Assembly: GCA_964534585.1 (NCBI GenBank)
Contig: CAZHPJ010000001.1
Coordinates: 1 to 24,091, forward strand
Source: an uncultured Sandaracinaceae bacterium
GTDB lineage: Bacteria; Myxococcota_A; Polyangia; Polyangiales; Houyiibacteriaceae
Reading direction: 5' to 3'
DNA length: 24,091 nt
Below are positions 8,588 through 16,222 of the stretch, piece after piece; the stretch's first letter is position 1, and each line of letters opens with the position of its first letter. A program made the translations under genes and the position numbers. The notes beneath the pieces were generated by a model that worked only from the letters and a program-made list of their open reading frames with translations, had not been told where the DNA came from and did no database searches.

Positions 8588-11191
8588 TCACCCGCAACAC
8601 GTGCCCCCATGCGCCGTCCGCGCGATGATCTCATCCTTCATGGCTTCGGTGAGATCGTTGAAGTACGCGGAGTAGCCGGATATGCGCACCACGAGATCAC
8701 GATGCTTGTCGGGGTGTGCCTTCGCATCGATGAGCACCGCGGGGTCCATGATCTGCAGCTGCAACTGCATGCCACCTTGAGCGAAATAGCCCCGCACCAG
8801 GCCGTCGATGATCGCGGTGCCTCGATCGCCATCGACGAACGCGGGATGCAATTCCTGGTTCAGCACGCAACCGTTGCTCACCGACGCAACCCGCGCGGCG
8901 GAAGACAGCGCAGCCGTCGGTCCCCGTCGCTCGCGCCCCGTACGCGGCGAAATTCCGTTTGCCAGAGGCTCTCCCGCTCGCCGCCCCGACGGCAACGCCC
9001 CCAGCCGGTGTCCAAAACCTTGATGGGTGGTCATGGTCCAGAAGCCGGGCGAGTAGTGGCCGCTCCGCGGATTGCGCCGCTTCGCTACCATCTGTGCGAA
9101 CCGCCTGGACACCCGGGCCACGTGTCGATCTGCATCGTCGGAGTCCTCGCCGTACGTCCCAATGCGATTGAGGAGCCGCGCACGTAGCGTCTCGGACCCC
9201 ACGAAGTCATGGTCGAGCGCTTCGACCAGCGCGGCGAGGGTTACCCGACGCTCGCCGAACACGACTTGCTCGATCGCCGCCAACGAGTCGGCGACGTCCG
9301 CCAGGCCGACACCTTGCAATCCGCTCGTGTTGTAGATCGCTCCCCCGCCATTCACTTCACGCGCAGCGTCGATGCAACCATCGATCATGACCGAGAGCAG
9401 CGGTGTGGGGCGATGACGAGCGTGTGCGCGCTCGATCGCGTTATTTCCATCGGTTGCGTCGGCGATGAGGCGCTCGAGCTGTCGCTCGAACGCGGTGTAG
9501 ACGGCTTCCATCGAAGTCAGGACACTTGGTGCGCCGGTAGCTGGTCCCACTTGCCGGTCGCCGTCACGCCCATTGTGCAGCGCGAGGTGCAGCGCGTAAG
9601 CCATGTTGAGGAAGCCTGCGCCTGCGGCCGGAAACGAACGATAGGGCACGCCCCACTCGGCGCAGCCAACGATGGAATAGTCGCGCGCGTCACGGATCGG
9701 GACACCGGCATCGCGCTGGCTATCGATTACTCGGTCGTCGTTGAACAGTGCCGGAATGCCGCCACCCTTCTTCAGCACCTCGTAGCAGCGCGCGCGAAAC
9801 TCCCGGGGCGTTCCGGCATGCATGCGGACGTGAATGTTTGGTTGGCGAAGGCGCATTTGGTCGTACGCGTCGAGGAACACGTAGGAAAGATCATTGACCG
9901 CATCTATTCCCTCGGGAGTCTGACCACCGAGCGTAATGCCGGATGCAGACGACAACCCGCTGAAAAACTCGGTCGCACGCCCGAAGAACAGAGGTAACAG
10001 CTCCGCCGCCTTTCCGAGGAAGCAGCCGACGAGCTCGACGGCACGCTCACGTGTGAGCCGACCCGCCGCCAGGTCTCGCTCGTAGTAGGGCAAGAGATAT
10101 TGATCCATACGACCGAACGAGACGCCATGCTGAAAGCTCTCCTGATGCACGAGCACGTGGGCGATGAACACACTCTGGAGCGCCTCATGAAACGTCCTTG
10201 CGGGGTGTGCAGGAACCCTCTCGAACAGCTCGGCGAGCTGACGCAGCTCCGCACGGCGCATGGGATCGGCAGCTCGCGTCACTTCGGCGGTTAGAAACGT
10301 CCGCCACCGGTGGCCATAGGCGATGGCCGCTTCGGCAGCGATGGAAGCCGCCTGGAGAAATCTGCGCTGGGATCGCTGCTCGCGGGTCGGTCGGTGACGA
10401 GGCTGTGTCTCGATCTGGCGATCGAGCGCGGCCCTGCGCCGGCGGATGGAGTCGACGATCCCGGCGAAGCCGTGCGTGAGCACGGACGGATAGTCGGGGG
10501 TGACGTGCGAGATCCCTGCGAACTGTGTGAGCACGAACGCGCGCCCGTCCGTGAGCTTGTCGATCAGGTCCGGTCCCGCCGCATAAAGGGGCGTCGTCGC
10601 GAGCACCGAACGGCGGAACCAGTAGGGAAAGATCTCCTGCTCGAGAGCGCGCCGCTGGGCCGGGGTCGTCCTGATCGGATTGTCGTGCCGGCTGCCGAGC
10701 GTATCGAGCTCGGGCAGCAGCAACAGTCCGCCGTAGTCCGGATGCAGTGGAGCGCCGATTCTCTGGGAGCTCGGGTTGCCGACCAGAAGCTCATGGTCGT
10801 ACACCCGCAACTGCATGTGCTCGAGGGTGTGGCGAAGCGCCTTCGCGTGCGCCAGCTGCCAGTCGCTGGGCTGCATCCGGTCGATCCGTTGATACGCGCG
10901 CATCAACGTCGTGTTGAAGCGTGTCTTCCACCGTGGAGCGATCGCGCCGCGCGCCTGATCGCCGAGCCCACGCTGGTAGAGCCGATAGTGCCACCGCTCT
11001 AGCCAGCGCGGGACGCGAGACCGCGTCGTTTGCGCTAGGTATTCGGTCATCAGGGATGCCTTCTCGGTACACAGGTTGTACGGAGCGGCCAGCAAATCTG
11101 CGCGCAACGCGGCGAGGCGCGCGGATGGAGCGGCCGGCGAGACGCCAGTGGGATGGGAGGGGGAGGGACATGCGCTGACGGCTGAAGACAT
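8588..11191 (-). CDS. Glycyl radical enzyme (PFL superfamily, single-Cys type), substrate unknown
   Basis: C-terminal Gly loop LVVRISGYSAYF, Cys loop SIVGCAEW, plus ELLVGN, SFGRMDQYLLPY, ITLGG, RQPN and PSGRRAGEPLANGISP; 867 aa. Confidence 0.92.
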   Translation of the reverse strand: MSSAVSACPSPSHPTGVSPAAPSARLAALRADLLAAPYNLCTEKASLMTEYLAQTTRSRVPRWLERWHYRLYQRGLGDQARGAIAPRWKTRFNTTLMRAYQRIDRMQPSDWQLAHAKALRHTLEHMQLRVYDHELLVGNPSSQRIGAPLHPDYGGLLLLPELDTLGSRHDNPIRTTPAQRRALEQEIFPYWFRRSVLATTPLYAAGPDLIDKLTDGRAFVLTQFAGISHVTPDYPSVLTHGFAGIVDSIRRRRAALDRQIETQPRHRPTREQRSQRRFLQAASIAAEAAIAYGHRWRTFLTAEVTRAADPMRRAELRQLAELFERVPAHPARTFHEALQSVFIAHVLVHQESFQHGVSFGRMDQYLLPYYERDLAAGRLTRERAVELVGCFLGKAAELLPLFFGRATEFFSGLSSASGITLGGQTPEGIDAVNDLSYVFLDAYDQMRLRQPNIHVRMHAGTPREFRARCYEVLKKGGGIPALFNDDRVIDSQRDAGVPIRDARDYSIVGCAEWGVPYRSFPAAGAGFLNMAYALHLALHNGRDGDRQVGPATGAPSVLTSMEAVYTAFERQLERLIADATDGNNAIERAHARHRPTPLLSVMIDGCIDAAREVNGGGAIYNTSGLQGVGLADVADSLAAIEQVVFGERRVTLAALVEALDHDFVGSETLRARLLNRIGTYGEDSDDADRHVARVSRRFAQMVAKRRNPRSGHYSPGFWTMTTHQGFGHRLGALPSGRRAGEPLANGISPRTGRERRGPTAALSSAARVASVSNGCVLNQELHPAFVDGDRGTAIIDGLVRGYFAQGGMQLQLQIMDPAVLIDAKAHPDKHRDLVVRISGYSAYFNDLTEAMKDEIIARTAHGGTCCG

Positions 11192-11203
11192 GGTGGCCCC
11201 TAC

Positions 11204-11884
11204 CTAATTTTCGAGCACGAGGTGCTGTGCTACGCGCACGAGATGATCTTCGAACAGCGTCACCGCGGCCTGCTCCTGTCGCGGCGTTGCGTGCTTTGCC
11301 GGGGCTACTGTGCCCGCCAGTCGCGCCAGCTCGCGCGGCGTGCTGAGGCAGTAGCGCATGCCGAGCGCGATGACCGCCTGGATCGCCATGCGCAGCTCGC
11401 CGACGGGTCGCCCGAGCGGAGCGGCCAGCAGAGTAGACGTGGCTTCGAGAAACGGCACCAAGGCTCGCTCGCGCCACAACTCTTCTAGCTCACCGGTCTC
11501 CACCAGCGTGCGCATGATCAGCTGAAGCAACGGTCGGCGGCGCCTGCCAAAACGCACGCCTTCACGCACCAGCGATTCGACGAGCGTTCGCAGCTCCGCA
11601 GTCGAGACGCTGGCGTCCCGAACCTCGTCAGCAAAGTGATCTAGCAGCGAGGCGAGCGGCGCGAGCTCGCGGGACACGTCATCGAACGCGCGGTCCAGAC
11701 AGGCTCCGTAGAGATCCTGCTTGTTGCCGAAGTGGTGGTTGATCGTCGCCAGGCTGACGCCCGCAGAACTAGCGACGGCCCGCAACGAGGTCCCGTGCAC
11801 ACCGGACCGAGAGAAGTGCTGCGCCGCCGCCTCGAGCAAGCGAGTGCGAGTGCGAGCGGGATCAGCGTTGACCGGACGGGCCAT
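11204..11884 (-). CDS. TetR/AcrR-family transcriptional regulator
   Basis: TRTRLLEAAAQHFSRSGVHGTSLRAVASSAGVSLATINHHFGNKQDLY HTH. Confidence 0.93.
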   Translation of the reverse strand: MARPVNADPARTRTRLLEAAAQHFSRSGVHGTSLRAVASSAGVSLATINHHFGNKQDLYGACLDRAFDDVSRELAPLASLLDHFADEVRDASVSTAELRTLVESLVREGVRFGRRRRPLLQLIMRTLVETGELEELWRERALVPFLEATSTLLAAPLGRPVGELRMAIQAVIALGMRYCLSTPRELARLAGTVAPAKHATPRQEQAAVTLFEDHLVRVAQHLVLEN

Positions 11885-11918
11885 AACCGAATAATACGCT
11901 TGTCCAGTTCTGGGTCAA
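11885..11918 (-). promoter_or_regulatory. Leaderless sigma70-type promoter of tetR, with an imperfect inverted repeat in the spacer
   Basis: TTGACC (11918-11913), 16 bp, TATTAT (11896-11891), then 6 nt to the ATG; no SD. The spacer holds CCAG-TT-CTGG flanked by TTG/CAA. Confidence 0.6.
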
Positions 11919-11985
11919 GACAAACCTATATTCCCTCGGCCTGTGGGCTTTCGCGGGAGCTAGGGTGTAAGAAAGGCTGCCGATC

Positions 11986-12978
11986 ATGCGGGTCCCTACC
12001 CACTATCTCAATAGCTTCATCAGCTTTGCCGAAGCCCATGGCGCCTCCCGCCAGGAGCTCTTGAACGAGGTGGGGGTCTCGCAGGAGACGCTCGAAGATC
12101 CGGAGGCACGGATCGAGTACGAGCAATTCAAGCTGCTGATCCAAGGGGCGGTTGCACGGAGCGGAGATCCGGCGCTGGGGATGCGCCTGGCAGGCCAACT
12201 GCCTATCACGACTCATGGCCTCCTCGGATACGCCGCCATGAGCAGCGAGACCCTGAAAGAGGCGTTCTCCTTCGTCACCCGCTTCGTCCCGACCCGCCTT
12301 CCCGTGCTGGTCGCGGAGCTCTCGGTCGACGGGGACATCGCAACGCTCCGCATCGAGGAAGCGGCTGTTCTGGGCGAAGTGCGCGCCATCATCTTGGAGA
12401 CTACCGTCGGTGCCCTCCACGCGACTGCGCGTTTCCTCACTCGCGACGAGTTCGAGTTCGAGGAGCTGCGCTTCCCATACGAGGAGCCGGACTACGTCGA
12501 AGAGTACCGGAAGGCCTTCGATTGCCCGTTGGTGTTCGGTGCAGAGGCGATGGAGATGCGCTTCGCGGCCCAGTTGCTGGAGACGCGGCTTCCGCTTGCA
12601 GACGAGGCTGCAAAGAAGCTGGCGGCGAAACGCTGCGAAGAGGAGCTGGCCGCGATCGAGAGCAGCGATGACCTGGAGCAGCGGATGCGCGTCCAATTGT
12701 TGAAGATGGACCGCCTGGCTCCTAGCTTGGACCACTTGGCGAAGACCTTCGGGCTCTCGCCAAGGACCATGCGCCGGCGACTGCGAAACGCAGGCACCTC
12801 TTACAAGGCGATCCTGAACAGCGTGAGAGAGGAGTTGGCGATCCAATATCTAAGGACGACCCGCCAGACCATCTATCAGATCGCAGATCGTCTGGGTTAC
12901 AGCGATCAGTCCAACTTCGGCCGAGCATTCCGGAGCTGGACGGGAAAGTCGCCCCAGGAATTTCGCGACGCTAAGTAA
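11986..12978 (+). CDS. AraC/XylS-family regulator (long N-terminal ligand domain, OruR/VqsM-like)
   Basis: HGLLGYAAMSSETL and FDCPLVFGA; C-terminal SPRTMRRRL...IADRLGYSDQSNFGRAFRSWTGKSPQEFR. Confidence 0.94.
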   Translation: MRVPTHYLNSFISFAEAHGASRQELLNEVGVSQETLEDPEARIEYEQFKLLIQGAVARSGDPALGMRLAGQLPITTHGLLGYAAMSSETLKEAFSFVTRFVPTRLPVLVAELSVDGDIATLRIEEAAVLGEVRAIILETTVGALHATARFLTRDEFEFEELRFPYEEPDYVEEYRKAFDCPLVFGAEAMEMRFAAQLLETRLPLADEAAKKLAAKRCEEELAAIESSDDLEQRMRVQLLKMDRLAPSLDHLAKTFGLSPRTMRRRLRNAGTSYKAILNSVREELAIQYLRTTRQTIYQIADRLGYSDQSNFGRAFRSWTGKSPQEFRDAK

Positions 12979-12984
12979 CGGCGC

Positions 12985-14178
12985 TTACGCCTGAGCGACG
13001 GGTTGCCCGTTGCCCTGTGTCGATTTGCGCTGCCGTTTCAGACCGAAAACCTCCGCCTCGATCTCGAGCTCTTGCTCACCACGCGTCGTCTCGGCCTGCA
13101 GATAGTCTTTCTTCGTATGGTCGACGCGGGTGTAGCTCGCAACGGCATTGAACGCCGCGTTCAACACCGCCGAGAGCGCGGACGTGGAGATGGGGAATGA
13201 GAAACCGACACGATCCGACAGGTGGAAGACCTTGCGGGCGGTGGCTCCCGCGAAGTCGAAGGCGTCGATTCCGAGCTCGGCGAGATCCTCTTCGGCGAAG
13301 GCCACCGCGGGGACGAGCGGCAGGATGAGGCTCAACCGGTGAGCCCGGGCGAAGGGGTTCCTCTTCTGCCACGCGGTCAGTGGAAATTCCTTGAGATAGT
13401 TCGACGGCAGCGCGGTGTGTCGCGATTCGTCCCGGTGAAACAGCCGCAAGACCTCGAGGCCAGGCAGCGTGCTCATCATTCCGAACAGGCCTAGTGCGAA
13501 TCCCTCTACCACCACGTTCATGGCGAAGAACTTTTCGACTCCCTTCGATTTGAAGCCGCGTTCGAGCAACAGGTACTCCCAGATGGGCATCCGCGGAATC
13601 TCGCACTCGAAGGCTTGGAGCAGCTCGCGCAGAACGACGAAGTGCTTCGCTTCCTCTAGGACCTGCATCGTGAGCGCACCACGCGCCCCGGTACTCTTGA
13701 CCTCGTTCAGCAGCTCCGTAGAGACGAGCCAGGCGTAGGCCTCGCCGTGCCCGATGAGGGAGAGCACGTTGACGATCGCCTGCCGTTCACGTTCCGTGTA
13801 CTCGCTCATGATCTTGTCGCGGAACTCCTGGCTGCGAACCCGCTTGAGCTCCCGCAGCTCGTCCCGGTCCATGGACTTCTCAGCCATGCTCAGGAGGGTG
13901 AGCTCCTCCATCGTGCAGTCGCGGAAGTCGAGCCAGGGAGCCTGCTCCTCGGCCTTCCAGAGCAGGCGCATGCTCTTGTCGTAGTGCTTCTTGCGGAGCT
14001 GATCCTTGGCGCCGCCGTTGAACTCGTAGTGGATATCGTCGTAGTCGCCCTTGCGGCCCCCGAGATGGAGACGCCCCATCACCCCGTCGTAGCCTCGGAC
14101 TACGCTATTTACGACCTCTTCGACGCGGCGCTGGATCTTCGCGCTTTGCGGGTTGAGCTCGATCTTCTCGAATTCCAT
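12985..14178 (-). CDS. Ferritin-like diiron-carboxylate protein of unknown function
   Basis: Ligand pattern E146 / E176xxH179 / E225 / E251xxH254; ATG with GGAGG SD. Confidence 0.8.
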   Translation of the reverse strand: MEFEKIELNPQSAKIQRRVEEVVNSVVRGYDGVMGRLHLGGRKGDYDDIHYEFNGGAKDQLRKKHYDKSMRLLWKAEEQAPWLDFRDCTMEELTLLSMAEKSMDRDELRELKRVRSQEFRDKIMSEYTERERQAIVNVLSLIGHGEAYAWLVSTELLNEVKSTGARGALTMQVLEEAKHFVVLRELLQAFECEIPRMPIWEYLLLERGFKSKGVEKFFAMNVVVEGFALGLFGMMSTLPGLEVLRLFHRDESRHTALPSNYLKEFPLTAWQKRNPFARAHRLSLILPLVPAVAFAEEDLAELGIDAFDFAGATARKVFHLSDRVGFSFPISTSALSAVLNAAFNAVASYTRVDHTKKDYLQAETTRGEQELEIEAEVFGLKRQRKSTQGNGQPVAQA

Positions 14179-14274
14179 GGGCGTCCTCCGTGCACTTCGA
14201 CGCCGAGGTCGTCTCGGGCCTCTCCTGCTCTACTCGCAGCTTGCTCTCCAGGAAGTCGGATGCACAGGTGGAAG

Positions 14275-14302
14275 CCGGACAACGATTGGTCATTTCCGGC
14301 CA
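14275..14302 (-). promoter_or_regulatory. Candidate AraC-family tandem site (21-bp period)
   Basis: Minus strand TGGCCGG...TGTCCGG; the two heptamers (14302-14296 and 14281-14275) are 21 bp apart, upstream of the ferritin-like gene. Confidence 0.3.
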
Positions 14303-14380
14303 CAGCCGCCCTGCGGTCGGCCGCACCGCCTCCAGCGGAATCCTCGCGTCAGACGGGCGCTGCGCGCTACGATTGCGGCC

Positions 14381-16222
14381 GTGACTCACACGCGCAGGCG
14401 CGTCAGCCGACTCATTCGCGACGCGATCGCCCGTTTCGAGCTCGACCTGACCGATATGACCGTTCTGACCGAGGCGGCCACGGGCTACTACGCGTCAACG
14501 CCAGTCATTGCGGCGCTGGCCGGAGCCAAACGGGTGCTCGCGCTTGGACGGGACTCCCGATACGGGACTTTGGCCGAGGTGGAACGCTCCATTCGTTCCG
14601 TCGCAACGGAGCTTGGTGCCTTGGCTCCGATCGAAATCCTCCATGATCGATCCGACTCGATCATCGCCGGAACGGACATCGTCACGAACCTCGGCTTTGT
14701 GAGGCCCATCGACGAACCACTACTGTCCAAGTTGGGATCACAAGCTGTCGTCTCACTGATGTGGGAGACGTGGGAACACCGGCCGGAGGAAGTCGATCGA
14801 GACGCTTGCACACGCCTGGGCATTGCGATCCTCGGAACCGACGAGAACGACGAACGGTTGCGGACGCTAGACTATACCGGTCTGATTGCGGCCAAGCTTC
14901 TTTTGCAGCTCGACGTGGAGCTGCTGCGCTCGCGCGTTGCGTTGATCGGTAGCGGGGACTTCGCACGCAGCGTCATCGACAAGCTTGGAGGCCTTGGCGC
15001 ACAGGTCGACTGGATCGATGAAAGAGACCTCGAAGGAAAGGCCGCAACCGAGGTGCTCGAGTCGGCCGACGCCCTCGTGATCGCGATGGCCACGGGCCGA
15101 GAAACCTTGATTGGCGAATCTGGAGTTTTGAGCGCCGAGCAACTCGCACGGCTGAACCCTGACCTAGCGGTCGCCCACATCGCGGGCGGAGTCGATCGGG
15201 ACGCACTGGCAAGACATGGCCTTCGCTGCATGCCTGAGCGTTTTGCGGCCCCCCCACACATGAGCGCGGCCACGGATTATCTCGGACCGAAGCCGGTCAT
15301 CGATCTCCACACGGCGGGCTTGAAGGTCGGCGAGGCGCTCGCTCGTGCCCGCCGCGCAGGAATGGATGCCGAGCAAGCGCAGACCCACGTGCTCGAGCAC
15401 TCGCCGCTCGCGATGGCCTTTGACCTGCCTCCGCGCACGCCTCACCCGGCCGATGCGTTGCGTGCCCGAATACCCCGGCTCCGAGCAATGGTCTGTCTGA
15501 CGATCGACATCGACTGGGCCCCCGACTTCATCATCGACTACGTGCGGGAAACGTTGATCGAACGCGGCGTGCGCGCGACGTTCTTCATAACCCACGAGAG
15601 CCCCGCGTTGCGGCGATTGAAAGATCGCCCCGACCTATTCGAGCTCGGCATCCACCCTAATTTCTTGCCCGGGTCCACCCAAGGCAAGAGCATCGGCGGT
15701 GTACTCGAGCACTGCATGGCTTTGGCCCCGTCGGCGACCAGCATGAGGACGCACTGCCTGCATCAATCGACACCGATTCTTCAGCAAGTGATCACAGATA
15801 CGCCAATCGATACCGATGTCTCTCTACTCATGTCAGCGATTCGACCCCTCACGCCATTCGAGCACCGCTACGGCGACGGCTCGTTGCTGCGCATCCCCTA
15901 CGGTTGGGAGGATACGTTCTCCATGGAGTCTCGGGACATGAGTCGCCCCCCGATCGATCCAGCCTCCACCGGCCTGCAGGTGCTGGCGTTTCATCCGATC
16001 CACATCTACCTCAACTCCGCCTCGATGGATGACTACACCCGACTCAAGGCGCGAGTTGGTGATCTTGCAAAGGCCGGCATCGCCGAAGTCGACGAAGTAG
16101 TCCGGCAGGGCTTCGGCATCCGCTCGCGCTTCTTACACGTGGTCCGTCAATTGCAGGCCAGCGGTCGGTCTACCATGATTCGCGACGTCCGTCCGCACCT
16201 CCTACCGAGCCCGCCATCATGA
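14381..16222 (+). CDS. Fusion protein: divergent D-2-hydroxyacid-dehydrogenase-like Rossmann region plus WbmS-like polysaccharide deacetylase (NodB-type) domain
   Basis: N-part: DACTRLGIAILGTDE and RVALIGSGDFARSV, resembling the 2-HADH hinge and NAD loop. C-part from M at 15488: LTIDIDWAPD, ATFFITH, ELGIHPNF, SMRTHCLHQS, LAFHPIHIYLN. Start reassigned to GTG 14381, because the track's 14153 overlaps the divergent gene. Confidence 0.72.
   Translation: MTHTRRRVSRLIRDAIARFELDLTDMTVLTEAATGYYASTPVIAALAGAKRVLALGRDSRYGTLAEVERSIRSVATELGALAPIEILHDRSDSIIAGTDIVTNLGFVRPIDEPLLSKLGSQAVVSLMWETWEHRPEEVDRDACTRLGIAILGTDENDERLRTLDYTGLIAAKLLLQLDVELLRSRVALIGSGDFARSVIDKLGGLGAQVDWIDERDLEGKAATEVLESADALVIAMATGRETLIGESGVLSAEQLARLNPDLAVAHIAGGVDRDALARHGLRCMPERFAAPPHMSAATDYLGPKPVIDLHTAGLKVGEALARARRAGMDAEQAQTHVLEHSPLAMAFDLPPRTPHPADALRARIPRLRAMVCLTIDIDWAPDFIIDYVRETLIERGVRATFFITHESPALRRLKDRPDLFELGIHPNFLPGSTQGKSIGGVLEHCMALAPSATSMRTHCLHQSTPILQQVITDTPIDTDVSLLMSAIRPLTPFEHRYGDGSLLRIPYGWEDTFSMESRDMSRPPIDPASTGLQVLAFHPIHIYLNSASMDDYTRLKARVGDLAKAGIAEVDEVVRQGFGIRSRFLHVVRQLQASGRSTMIRDVRPHLLPSPPS

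Noticed and set aside
8537-8635. Short alternate-frame peptide (…GHVLRVTEEATGFDVYAVQVAA) overlapping the GRE end
   Set aside because: Bounded by a nearby upstream stop with no good start, and the GRE already ends at the normal family position, so no frameshift extension is needed.
14153-14380. N-terminal 76 aa of the 689-aa ORF
   Set aside because: Overlaps the start of the divergent ferritin-like gene and has non-protein-like composition; GTG 14381 with a -10 element is the better start.
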